A stretch of DNA of 64,000 bases from Candidatus Spongiisociaceae bacterium (GTDB lineage Bacteria > Actinomycetota > Acidimicrobiia > Spongiisociales > Spongiisociaceae), in assembly GCA_965262915.1 (NCBI GenBank), contig OZ253564.1:2656001-2720000 (forward strand), read 5' to 3'. The notes beneath the pieces were generated by a model. It ran no database searches and had not been told where the DNA came from. It was given only the letters and a program-made list of their open reading frames with translations. A program made the position numbers and the translations under genes. Of the stretch, positions 49,553-61,219 are shown piece after piece; position 1 is the stretch's first letter, and each line of letters opens with the position of its first letter.

Positions 49553-51496
49553 ATGGAAGTACAACAGGTTGTCTGGCGGGCTACCGAAGAAGATGTGGCT
49601 CGCTCGCGCACAGCGGAGTTCATGGCCCTACACGGGATCGGAAGCTACGAGGAGCTGGTCCGCCGTTCCGCCGAGGACATCGAGTGGTTCTGGGAAGCGG
49701 CCGTCGAGTACCTGGGAATCCCCTTCTCGACCCCCTACCACACGGTCCTCGACGCCGGCGACGGTCCGGCGTTCCCCCGCTGGTTCCTGGGTGGACACGT
49801 CAACCTCTCGGAGGCCTGCGTCGATCGTTGGGCGGCTCGAGACCCGGACCGGGTGGCGCTGGTCGCCGAGCGGGAGGACGGTGTGCAGCGAACCTACAGC
49901 TTCGGCCAGCTGTTGGAGATGGTGGAGCGGGCTGCCGGCGCCCTCATCCGGGTGGGTGCGTCCAAGGGCGACACCGTGGCTGTCTACCTGTCGATGATTC
50001 CCGAGGCGGTGGTGGCGATGCTGGCGGCTGCCCGGATCGGGGCCATATACGTGCCGATCTTCTCCGGCTTCGGCGCCGAGGCGGTGGCTTCCCGTCTCGA
50101 GGCGTGCGACCCGGCGGTTGTGGTCACCGCCGACGGTTACACCCGCCGCGGCAGGCCCATCGCCATGAAGGAGGTGGCGGACAGAGCCATCGAGATGGCG
50201 GGCGTGACACCGTCTGTTCTGGTGGTCTCCAATCTGGGACGGACCGATGCACCGTGGACCCGGGGACGCGATCGATGGTGGGAGGAGACCCTCGAGGCCT
50301 CGGAGCGGTTGCCGGCGCTGGCCACATCGAGCGAGGATCCCGTCCTGTTGGCCTACACGTCCGGCACCACCGGGAAACCGAAGGGGGTGGTCCACGTCCA
50401 GGGCGGTCTGACCGCCAAGCTGGCGGTGGAAGGCGCGTTCCAGTTCGAGATGCAGCCCGAGGACCGGGTGATGTGGATGACCGACATGGGCTGGATCATG
50501 GGTCCGTGGACCGTGATGGCCGGCATGGGAAACGGGGCCTCGGTGGTCTGTTACGACGGCGCCCCCGACTACCCGACACCCGGCAGGCCTTGGGATCTGG
50601 TCGGATCACTCGGGATCACCATCCTGGGCATCTCCCCCACTCTGGTACGGGCTCTACAGCCTCACGGGGCCCGTCATGCGGCCGGCGCCGACTTCTCCAC
50701 GCTGCGGGCGTTCGGCTCGACCGGAGAGCCCTGGAACCCGGCCCCGTGGTGGTGGCTGTTCCGCGACGTGGGCGGCGAGCAATACCCGATCATCAACATC
50801 TCGGGAGGCACCGAGGTCGGCGCGTGCCTGCTGACGGTCAACATCCTGCAGGGGATCAAGCCCGTCTCGCTGGGCGGTCCCTCGCTCGGGATGGCCATGG
50901 ACGTCTACGACCAGGAGGGCCGCCCCATCCGGGAGGAGGTGGGCGAACTGGTCTGCACGAAGACGTGGCCGGCGATCACCCGAGGTTTCTGGGGGGACGA
51001 CGACCGCTACTTCGGCACCTACTGGGGTCGCTGGCCCGACGTGTGGGTACACGGCGACTGGGCCACCATCGACGCCGACGGGTTCTGGTTCCTGCACGGA
51101 CGCTCCGACGACACCCTCAACATCGCCGGGAAGCGGATCGGTCCGGCCGAGGTCGAGTCCGCGGTGGTAGCCCACCCGGATGTGGTCATGGCCGCGGCGA
51201 TCGGCATTCCCGACCCGGTGAAGGGCGAGGTGATAGCGGTCTTCGTGGTGCCAACCGGTGAAGGGGATGGCGAGCAGTTGGCAGATGAACTGTCCGAGAT
51301 GGTGGTTCGGACTCTCGGCAAGCCTTTCCGCCCCGCCGTCATCAGGTTCGTGGACGACCTTCCCCGCACCAGGTCGGCCAAGATCATGCGCCGCGTGGTG
51401 CGCGCCCGCGCGCTGGGCAAGGACACCGGCGACCTCACCAGCCTCGAGAACCCCGCCGCGGTGGAGGCGATCAGCCGCCTCGATATGGGCGGTTAG
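49553..51496 (+). CDS. Acetyl/acyl-CoA synthetase (AMP-forming)
   Basis: YTSGTTGKPKG, STGEPWN, SGGTE, HGD, GRSDD, LPRTRSAKIMRR. Confidence 0.93.
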   Translation: MEVQQVVWRATEEDVARSRTAEFMALHGIGSYEELVRRSAEDIEWFWEAAVEYLGIPFSTPYHTVLDAGDGPAFPRWFLGGHVNLSEACVDRWAARDPDRVALVAEREDGVQRTYSFGQLLEMVERAAGALIRVGASKGDTVAVYLSMIPEAVVAMLAAARIGAIYVPIFSGFGAEAVASRLEACDPAVVVTADGYTRRGRPIAMKEVADRAIEMAGVTPSVLVVSNLGRTDAPWTRGRDRWWEETLEASERLPALATSSEDPVLLAYTSGTTGKPKGVVHVQGGLTAKLAVEGAFQFEMQPEDRVMWMTDMGWIMGPWTVMAGMGNGASVVCYDGAPDYPTPGRPWDLVGSLGITILGISPTLVRALQPHGARHAAGADFSTLRAFGSTGEPWNPAPWWWLFRDVGGEQYPIINISGGTEVGACLLTVNILQGIKPVSLGGPSLGMAMDVYDQEGRPIREEVGELVCTKTWPAITRGFWGDDDRYFGTYWGRWPDVWVHGDWATIDADGFWFLHGRSDDTLNIAGKRIGPAEVESAVVAHPDVVMAAAIGIPDPVKGEVIAVFVVPTGEGDGEQLADELSEMVVRTLGKPFRPAVIRFVDDLPRTRSAKIMRRVVRARALGKDTGDLTSLENPAAVEAISRLDMGG

Positions 51497-51629
51497 CAGC
51501 CGCCTCGGAGATCTCCTCGTGCAGCGTCCTGGTACCGATGTAAGGTTGGTGAGAGCCGGGTACCGTTTCCCGCACTCCTCGGGGACCGTCCATTGCGCGG
51601 TCCACATGGTCGAGGTCAGGAGAGAAACC

Positions 51630-51830
51630 ATGTCCAGCATTGTGGAGATCCAGCAGGCTATTCTCGTTCTTCCTAGGTCCGAGTATGTCCAGTTGAGAAA
51701 GTGGCTCAACGATCTGGATTGGGAAAAGTGGGACAGGCAAATCAAAGCCGATTCAGAGGAAGGAAGACTGGATTTCCTGATTGCAGAAGCTCTCGAGGCC
51801 AAGGGGAATGGCACGCTCGTAGAGTTTTAG
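51630..51830 (+). CDS. Putative antitoxin (66 aa)
   Basis: MSSIVEIQQAILVLP...WEKWDRQIKADSEEGRLDFL; AGGAG RBS; directly upstream of a RelE/ParE-like gene. Confidence 0.75.
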   Translation: MSSIVEIQQAILVLPRSEYVQLRKWLNDLDWEKWDRQIKADSEEGRLDFLIAEALEAKGNGTLVEF

Positions 51831-52085
51831 ATGCATCGGACAACGCCCCGGTTCTGGAGACATCTCGGACAGCTCCCGGCGCCGGTCCAGCGGGCTGCGA
51901 GGCGAAATTTCCGCCTGCTAGCAGATAATCCAAGACATCCTTCTCTCCATTTCAAGAAGGTAGGCAAGTTCTGGTCGGTACGGGTAGGACTCGACTATAG
52001 AGCGCTTGCCGTTGAAGACGACGGTGGCTTCATCTGGGTGTGGATCGGTAACCACGACGAATATGACCGGTTCATCAAGTACTAA
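51831..52085 (+). CDS. RelE/ParE-like toxin
   Basis: TTPRFW..LP..Q..A..F.LL..NPRHPSLHFKKVG.WSVRVG..YRALA...WIG.HDEYD. Confidence 0.85.
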   Translation: MHRTTPRFWRHLGQLPAPVQRAARRNFRLLADNPRHPSLHFKKVGKFWSVRVGLDYRALAVEDDGGFIWVWIGNHDEYDRFIKY

Positions 52086-52093
52086 ACGGGTGA

Positions 52094-52414
52094 TCAGAAT
52101 CGAACGGCCTTCACCTTGAGATGCACATCCTCGTGCTGCTGGATACGGCTGATGACCTCGAAGAGGTTCCGGGTGTGAGGATTGCCGGCCGGTCCGAACA
52201 TGCGCATGAGACACTTCGGCGGTTTGTCCGTGAGGGCGCCGAGTTGAGCGAACCCGACGGTGGCGTTGATGTAGTCGCGCAGCATGATCTTGCCAGTCTC
52301 GATATCCCCGGCAAGCAGGCACTCGACGCCTTCCTCGAGCAACCCTTCTCGAAAGGCCGGGTCGCGCCTGGCACGGGCCTGTACGGTCTGCTTGAAGGCA
52401 CGGGTTAGCGGCAT
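52094..52414 (-). CDS. Orphan HTH antitoxin (addiction-module antidote type)
   Basis: MPLTRAFKQTV.ARARRDPAF...LRDYINATVGF..L...MRMFGPAGNP. Confidence 0.82.
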   Translation of the reverse strand: MPLTRAFKQTVQARARRDPAFREGLLEEGVECLLAGDIETGKIMLRDYINATVGFAQLGALTDKPPKCLMRMFGPAGNPHTRNLFEVISRIQQHEDVHLKVKAVRF

Positions 52415-52417
52415 ATT

Positions 52418-52462
52418 TCACTCCTCCTGCTTGTGACGTTTGTACTCTCGCCAAAGCGCGCG
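52418..52462 (-). pseudogene. C-terminal stub of the cognate RelE-type toxin
   Basis: RALWREYKRHKQEE* ends 3 bp before the antitoxin ATG; the rest of the gene is missing. Confidence 0.6.
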
Positions 52463-52540
52463 GACACTGGAAAGGCAGAGCCGGGTCATGTCGCCGGGTG
52501 CTGCAAAGTCTAGACTTGGAGGAGGAAGCCCTCTCGCGGC

Positions 52541-52582
52541 CACCGACTACCCATCACTGACCACTGGCAACTGATCACCGGC
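52541..52582. repeat. Degenerate heptamer tandem repeat (6 units)
   Basis: CACCGAC TACCCAT CACTGAC CACTGGC AACTGAT CACCGGC right after the cytochrome c stop. Confidence 0.65.
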
Positions 52583-52584
52583 GA

Positions 52585-52914
52585 CTACCTCCCCTGCTGT
52601 TCCATGACGTAGCGGGTCACGCGCAGGATCTGTTCGTCGCTGAGAGTGCCGCGGAAGGACGGCATCCGGCCGATCCCGGCTGAGATCGACTGGACGAAGT
52701 AGCGCTCGGGTTTGTCGATCGACCGGGCGTCCTCCCCCACCAGGGGCAGCCCGGTACCGCCGCCCAGGTCCTCGCCATGGCACCGGGCACAGACCTGCAC
52801 GTAGATCTCCTCGCCGGTGGCGTCCTCGGCCACTCCCCCGCCTCCACATGCAGACAGGACCACCACCAGGAGCGCGAGCAGCCCGAACGCGTACTTGGGG
52901 ATGCGTCCGGTCAC
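52585..52914 (-). CDS. Monoheme cytochrome c lipoprotein
   Basis: Lipobox VLSAC, CARCH heme motif, GRMPSF axial Met; GTG start overlaps the upstream stop. Confidence 0.88.
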   Translation of the reverse strand: MTGRIPKYAFGLLALLVVVLSACGGGGVAEDATGEEIYVQVCARCHGEDLGGGTGLPLVGEDARSIDKPERYFVQSISAGIGRMPSFRGTLSDEQILRVTRYVMEQQGR

Positions 52915-53282
52915 GACGCCCGGCTGCCCCGGATGGAGTTGAGGTAGTTGTAGATGGTGATGCGGCTCACGCTCATCAGGTCGGCGACCTCCTCGATGGA
53001 CTTGCGAAGGCGGAAAGCGCCCCGTTCGTCCAGCAGGCGGACGGCCACCTGCTTCTGCACCCGCCCCAGGTCGGCGAGCTTGCCGCCCAACTCGCCCTCG
53101 ACCTGGGCGACCATGCGACCCAGAACGTTGTGGAGTGAGAGGATCCGGACGCCTGCCACCACCTCCCCCTCCCACTCCAGGGAGATGGCATTGCCGTCCA
53201 TCTGGTCCGGGTCCACGAACTCGGCACCGACGGCGTCGGCCAGGGGTCGCAACGCCTTGATCAGAGGATGCTCGGTGTTCAT
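52911..53282 (-). CDS. HTH transcriptional regulator (YheO/HTH_22-like C-terminus)
   Basis: KQVAVRLLDERGAFRLRKSIEEVADLMSVSRITIYNYLN. Confidence 0.82.
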   Translation of the reverse strand: MNTEHPLIKALRPLADAVGAEFVDPDQMDGNAISLEWEGEVVAGVRILSLHNVLGRMVAQVEGELGGKLADLGRVQKQVAVRLLDERGAFRLRKSIEEVADLMSVSRITIYNYLNSIRGSRAS

Positions 53283-53509
53283 GGCGTCACGGTCATGTTG
53301 ACCGATACGCGCGTCGCTCCGGCGCTCATCGCTGCCGTGATGCATTTGGCCGCGGCCCCGAACACATCCTCGAGAGAACCTTCGATGGCGGTGCCGAACG
53401 GACCGATGTCGGGCTGGTGGGGAGCCAGGGCGTCGATAGCCGCCTGAACGTGGGGACCCGGGTTTCCCTCCTCGAACGGTTCTACGGTGAACTCGGCACG
53501 GGCCGGCAA
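53279..53509 (-). CDS. Small YkoF/thiamine-binding-like ferredoxin-fold protein
   Basis: TTG start after AAGGAG: MPARAEFTVEPFEEGNPGPHV...DIGPFGTAIEG...AGATRVSV. Confidence 0.72.
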   Translation of the reverse strand: MPARAEFTVEPFEEGNPGPHVQAAIDALAPHQPDIGPFGTAIEGSLEDVFGAAAKCITAAMSAGATRVSVNMTVTP

Positions 53510-53585
53510 TCCTGCTCCTTGATCGCCCAACAAGGGTATACGGAGAATGATTTTACCGAAGTAACGTTGCGCAGCCCGCAGTTTT

Positions 53586-53600
53586 TTGACAAAATGTAAA
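53586..53600. promoter_or_regulatory. Near-palindrome TTGACA-N3-TGTAAA in the divergent promoter (candidate operator / -35)
   Basis: ttgaca aaa tgtaaa between the HTH operon and xdh. Confidence 0.5.
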
Positions 53601-53662
53601 GCAGACCGAGCTTCCGGTGGTCGCTCGATCGGTACGGAGCCTGGATTCGGCTGGAGGATGTC

Positions 53663-56241
<2,579 letters not shown>

Positions 56242-56245
<4 letters not shown>

Positions 56246-57261
56246 ACACCACGCCGGGCCTGGTCTGTGCCCATCATCACCTCTACTCCATGCTGGCGAG
56301 AGGCATGCCGGCCCCTCCGGAGGTGCCCACCACGTTCCAGGGGATCCTGGAGCAGATCTGGTGGCGGCTCGACACGGCCCTCGACCTCGAGATGATCCGC
56401 TGGTCGGCGATGCTGGGCGCCCTCGAGGCGCTCGAGTCGGGCACCACGGCGATCGTGGACCATCACGAATCGCCCAACGCCATCGAGGGGAGCCTCTCCG
56501 TGGTCGCCGATGCCTGCGCAGAGGTGGGGGTTCGGGTGCGTACCTGCTACGGCGTGACCGACCGGCACGGCCCCGACGGCGCCCGACGGGGTCTGGAGGA
56601 GAACCGCCGCTTCCTGTCGGAGGGCGGCCAGGGAATGGTCGGCATCCACGCCGCTTTCACCTGCGAGCAGGGAACGTTGGAGGAAGCCGCCGCCCTGGCG
56701 GACGAACTCGGGGTGGGAGTACACGTCCACGTGGCCGAGGGACCGGAGGATCTGGACGGTCCGGAGTGGCTGGACGGGCTCTCCGGAGACTCGTGGTTGC
56801 TCGCCCACGGCGTTCACCTACCCACCGACCACCGGCTGCGAGGAACCGTTCTCCACAATCCCCGTTCCAACCTCAACAACTCGGTGGGGTATGCCGACCC
56901 GGCCCGCTTCTCCAACCCGGTAGCCCTGGGAACAGACGGGATCGGCGCCAACATGATCGAGTCCTTCCGTCTCGCCTACGTGATGCATCGGTCGGTCGAC
57001 GTGACCGCCACCCCTGAGAAGGCGTGGGGTTGGCTGGAGACAGGTCAGGATCTGGTTCCCGAGTGCCGGAAAGACCGGGTGACCTGGAGCTACGACCCGA
57101 TGGACCCCTGGCATATCGTCTTCACCGCGGGAATCCGCCCTGTGGAGGTCGAGGTAGGAGGCGAAGTGGTGTTCGTGGACGGCGCCCCCACCCGGGTGGA
57201 CGCCGCGGAGATCCGGGCCAAGGCCCGCGAGCAGGCCGCCCGCCTGCACGCGAGGTTGTGA
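56242..57261 (+). CDS. ssnA: SsnA-like amidohydrolase (short form)
   Basis: PGLVCAHHHLYS..ARG, F..ILE.IWWRLD.ALD, DHHESP, HAAFT, HVHVAE, HNPRSN.NN.VG, GTDG. Confidence 0.82.
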
Positions 57262-57283
57262 AGAGTGGGCGCCGGAGAATGGG

Positions 57284-59074
57284 ATGGCAATGATGACTGA
57301 AGTCCACGAACCGCTCACCCCGTTCGGCCTGTCCGACCTGCTGGACCGCATCGCTCACGAGTGGGAGTCCCGGCATCGCATCTTCGACCTGCCCATCGCC
57401 CGGTTCTTCAACGTGTCGGAGGGCCCGGACATCTCCATCGACTTCCTTGGCAGGCCCGCCGCCACCCCGGTCGGTCCGGCGGCCGGACCCCACAGCCAGA
57501 TGGCCCAGAACATCGTCCTGTCGTGGCTGGGGGGCGGCCGGCTGATGGAGCTCAAAACGGTGCAGATCCTCGACGAGTTGGAGATCGGGCGCCCGTGCAT
57601 TGACATGGAGACCATCGGCTACAACATCGAGTGGAGCCAGGAACTGAAGATCCCCCAGTCGCTCGAGGAGTACGTCAAAGCATGGATGCTGCTCAAGATC
57701 CTCCGCCGCTGGGAGGAACTCACCCCGTACATCGGCAGCGATCCGGGTCCCTGCATCTTCGATCTGTCGGTGGGTTACGACCTGGCCGGTATCTCGACCG
57801 ATCAGGTTGCGTGGTTCATCGACTCGATGATGGACGCCACCGAGGAGATCGAGCGTCTGCGTCCAGAGATCGACGGGAAGTTCACCAGGTTCCGAGATCT
57901 GGATTTCCCGTCCCGCATCGCCGATACCGTGACCCTGTCGACGTTCCACGGGTGCCCGCCGGACGAGATCGAATCGATCACCAAGCATCTCATAACCCGC
58001 CACGGGCTGGACGTGATCGTCAAGCTCAACCCCACCCTGCTGGGATTCGAACGGGTGCAGGAAATCGTCCATCAAACGCTGGGGTACGGATCGACGGTCC
58101 TGCGGAGGGCGGACTTCGACAACGACCTGCAGTTCGACCGGGGACTTGAGCTGATCGGCGAGCTGCAGCGTTTTGCCGCCCACCACGGACGCCGGTTCGG
58201 TGTCAAGCTCACCAACACGCTGGTGGTGGAGAACACCAAGGGGTTCATGCCCGACGAGACCATGTACCTCTCGGGGCCGCCTCTTCACGTCGTCTCCACG
58301 ACCCTGCTCGGGGAGCTCCACAAGGCTCTTCCCGGGATGCTGCGGATCGACGGTCAGGGCGGTCCGGTGCAGGTCTCGTTCTCGGCCGGAATCGTCAAGG
58401 AGAACCTCCCCGACGCCGCCGCGCTCGGGTTGGCCCCCATCACCATCTGCTCCGACCTGCTGAAACCGGGTGGGTACGGCCGTATCAAGCCGATGCTGAA
58501 AGCGCTGCAGAAGGTGATGACCGGGGCGGGGGCCGGAACGCTGGCCCAGTGGCAGGCCCATCGCGGAGCGATGTCGAATGGGGTAGGGGCGGTGGCGGCC
58601 TACGTCGCCCGGCTCCACGACCCGGCCACCAACGGGCGATACACCCTGGCCGGCAACTCCAAGCTGCCCCGGGCCGTGGACCACGAACTGCAGATGTGGG
58701 GTTGCGTGGCATGCAACTTCTGCGTGACCGTGTGCCCCAACGACGCCTTCTTCCGGATACCCACGCCGGCCGAACTCGACGCGGACGGGCTCCAGCAGTA
58801 CCTGGTCCTGACCGAGTTGTGCAACGAGTGCGGCAACTGCATGGTGTTCTGTCCCGAGATCGGGGATCCCGCCGTCATCAAGCCACGCCTGTTCATGAGC
58901 GAGCACCGCTTCGAGCAAGAAACCGACCAAGCCTTCCTGGTCCACCAGGATCCCGACGGGTACTGGCTCCAGCCCAACGCTGCCGCTGCCCGATGGACCG
59001 GCGACCTGCTCCTGCTGCTCAACGGCGCCGAGGGTTTCGTGCTGCCTCCATCGAGCAAGCCGGTCAGGAAGTAG
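57284..59074 (+). CDS. ygfK: YgfK-like protein (N-terminal TIM-barrel and ferredoxin domains only)
   Basis: GPAAGPHSQMAQNI, ELKTVQ, RPCID, YNIEWS, STFHGCPPDEIE, VKLNPTLLG, KLTNT, DLLKPGGYGR, CVACNFC...CPN, CNECGNC...CP. Confidence 0.8.
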   Translation: MAMMTEVHEPLTPFGLSDLLDRIAHEWESRHRIFDLPIARFFNVSEGPDISIDFLGRPAATPVGPAAGPHSQMAQNIVLSWLGGGRLMELKTVQILDELEIGRPCIDMETIGYNIEWSQELKIPQSLEEYVKAWMLLKILRRWEELTPYIGSDPGPCIFDLSVGYDLAGISTDQVAWFIDSMMDATEEIERLRPEIDGKFTRFRDLDFPSRIADTVTLSTFHGCPPDEIESITKHLITRHGLDVIVKLNPTLLGFERVQEIVHQTLGYGSTVLRRADFDNDLQFDRGLELIGELQRFAAHHGRRFGVKLTNTLVVENTKGFMPDETMYLSGPPLHVVSTTLLGELHKALPGMLRIDGQGGPVQVSFSAGIVKENLPDAAALGLAPITICSDLLKPGGYGRIKPMLKALQKVMTGAGAGTLAQWQAHRGAMSNGVGAVAAYVARLHDPATNGRYTLAGNSKLPRAVDHELQMWGCVACNFCVTVCPNDAFFRIPTPAELDADGLQQYLVLTELCNECGNCMVFCPEIGDPAVIKPRLFMSEHRFEQETDQAFLVHQDPDGYWLQPNAAAARWTGDLLLLLNGAEGFVLPPSSKPVRK

Positions 59075-59147
59075 AGCAAGCCGGGACGCCTGACCGGAAA
59101 GGAAGCACCCGGCTCTTCTACGTAGAGTTATCCGTCAACCAGACAAA

Positions 59148-59444
59148 TCATAGAATCGTGATAACTACTACCAACAGGGCTAGCACGAGTTGCAATAGTG
59201 CGATCACCAAGCCGGCGATTGCGAGCCCGCGGTGTGGGAGGCCGTGCCTGCTAGCCCTGTGCAGGCCCATGGCGGAGAGTACGAACGCTGCGACTAGGAC
59301 TGCGAAACCCACAAACCCCAATGCCGGTAGATATGATGCGGCGACTGCAAATAGGAGTGCTACCAAGGAGCATACGAACCCGGCGATTGCCAACGGATTG
59401 CCGTCGGCCCCGCGACGTTGGTCCCCTGACTGTCGAGGATCCAT
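59148..59444 (-). CDS. DUF4190-like small membrane protein
   Basis: NPLAIAGFVCSL...LSAMGL...RGLAIAGLVI. Confidence 0.7.
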   Translation of the reverse strand: MDPRQSGDQRRGADGNPLAIAGFVCSLVALLFAVAASYLPALGFVGFAVLVAAFVLSAMGLHRASRHGLPHRGLAIAGLVIALLQLVLALLVVVITIL

Positions 59445-59525
59445 TCCGTGGCCTGTCCCATCCTGTAGCCGGTTCCGTTCCTGCCATCGTGGTGGCGTGG
59501 CGGAACCGTTGTGCAGATGCTAATA

Positions 59526-59618
59526 GTCATTCTCCGGGGAAGGGACTGCAAACGGAGGCGGCGCGGCCTTCGGGTTGGAGTCCGGAGAGGGACGGAGGAG
59601 TCCAACGGCCGGAATGAC
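59526..59618. repeat. REP-like element with GTCATTC...GAATGAC ends
   Basis: GTCATTCTCCGG (59526) / CCGGAATGAC (59609) termini and an inner GTTGGA...TCCAAC stem. Confidence 0.4.
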
Positions 59619-59797
59619 CTGCCCGATCGGGATCGGAGGCTATCGTCCGGTCCTCAGGAATGTGACGTTCGCTTCCCCCGCGCCGGACGTCTGGTCGGTG
59701 TCCAACGGGAATGCCGATGGGCCCGAACCCGATCCCGCCGGCCGGCCGTCATTCGCCCGGCCGCGGGGTGCGGTTCCCACCGGGAAGGAGTATTCGA

Positions 59798-60250
59798 ATG
59801 AGCTACACCATGGATGATGTACGCCGGTTCGCGGCCGCCGACCAGGGTCTGGCGATCGTCTCGTTCGGACGGCCGGACCGGTCGGTCCACTCCTCGCTGG
59901 TCAACGCCGGCGTGATGGACCATCCGGTGACCGGCGAGCGGGTGGTGGCCCTGGTGGTGCGGGGCAACACGGTCAAGCTCCGACACTGGTGCCGTACACC
60001 GAGAGCCACCATCGTATTCCGGTCTGGCTGGTCGTGGGTCGGCGTGGAGGGAACCACCACCATCATCGGTCCGGACGACGATTGCGAGAGTTTCGACCCG
60101 TCATCGGTGCCACAGTTGCTCCGGAACGTATTCACCGCCGCCGGCGGCACCCACGAGGACTGGGACGAGTACGACCGGGTGATGGCAGATGAACGCCGCG
60201 CCGCGGTCTTCGTACACCCCACCCGCATCACCGGCGTCGGTCAACCCTGA
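59798..60250 (+). CDS. PPOX-class F420-dependent oxidoreductase
   Basis: RPDRSVHSSLVNAGV..HP, KLRH..R.PRAT..FR.GW.WV.VEG, F.AAGGTHEDWDEYDRVM..ERR. Confidence 0.88.
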   Translation: MSYTMDDVRRFAAADQGLAIVSFGRPDRSVHSSLVNAGVMDHPVTGERVVALVVRGNTVKLRHWCRTPRATIVFRSGWSWVGVEGTTTIIGPDDDCESFDPSSVPQLLRNVFTAAGGTHEDWDEYDRVMADERRAAVFVHPTRITGVGQP

Positions 60251-60323
60251 ACCGGTGTCAGAACCTGAAGGAGAGTCACCGCGCGGAAGTGGCGCGGTTC
60301 GGATGAGGGGTCTGTCCTGGCAG

Positions 60324-60622
60324 CTACGGCCAATGGTGGATGGTGGGCGCCGCCGAACCCAACGCAGATGCCAGATTACCGAGATCGTCAGGGTCGCCCG
60401 TCAGAACCTCCTCACCGAGCCGGAATGCCAAGAGAACAAGGTGAGCGTCAACGACATCGGAGGTGGACGAGAGTGCCAGAAGACGGCTGACCGCCGCACC
60501 TGGGCAACCACGGGATGCGTGGTATGCAATGGCGTCTCGGAAGAGGAGTCGTCGATGACGAAGCGTTGTGCAACGTCCTCGCCGCGCTCGATCGAGATCA
60601 AGACCCCTGCATCGAGGATCAC
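60324..60622 (-). pseudogene. PIN toxin, internally deleted and frameshifted
   Basis: N-part MILDAGVLISIER...PVVAQV; C-part in another frame RLLALSSTSDVVDAHLV...VLTGDPDDL...HHWP*. Confidence 0.78.
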
Positions 60623-60846
60623 AGTCCGTGCCGCTTGGCCAGAGCCGCTACCCCGGCCGGGTCGACGGGGCCGTCCTCGGAGTTCCAGACCTTGACGAAG
60701 GCGTTGAAGGCGTCGCGCCGTGCTCGATCGGCGGCGAGCATGCGAAGTGCCTGACGAATGGCGTTGGTCTTGCTGCCTAACTCCAACGTAAGCTTGTCAA
60801 GAATCCGCTTGTCTTCGGCATTGAGACGGATAGTTATGATGCTCAT
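60619..60846 (-). CDS. RHH/CopG-type antitoxin
   Basis: MSIITIRLNAEDKRILDKL...KTNAIRQAL; TATAGT lies 6 nt before the ATG (likely leaderless); GTGA overlap with the PIN gene. Confidence 0.78.
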   Translation of the reverse strand: MSIITIRLNAEDKRILDKLTLELGSKTNAIRQALRMLAADRARRDAFNAFVKVWNSEDGPVDPAGVAALAKRHGL

Positions 60847-61040
60847 ATCGCTACTATAGCACAGACATTGATATACACCAGTGTACAACGCTCGGCCATA
60901 GGAGATCGGGCGCGACCCGATACGGGCCCGAAGCGGGCGGGGACATGCCGTGACCGGGGATAGCGGATCGCCGGTCATCAACCGACTCACATCCCCGACC
61001 CGGGTTCTGTTGGATGAACGTCCGGGCGTTCGGCACCCTA

Positions 61041-61219
61041 ATCCGCCGGAAGTCCCCGGGTGGCATGACCACCAAGATCCATCTCCTCGCCGCTGACGAC
61101 CGAACCGCGGTGACCTTCGCTCTGTCGCCGGGACAAGACCACGACTCCCCGCATGGGCGGGCTCCACTGGAGGAGGTCGTTCTCCAGCCCGCAGGCCGGA
61201 TCCTGGTGACCGATCAGGG
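61041..61219 (+). mobile_element. IS5-family transposase fragment
   Basis: KSPGGMTTKIHLLA...FALSPGQDHDSP.GR.L resembles GRSRGG.TTKIH...F.L.PGQ.HD. Confidence 0.75.
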
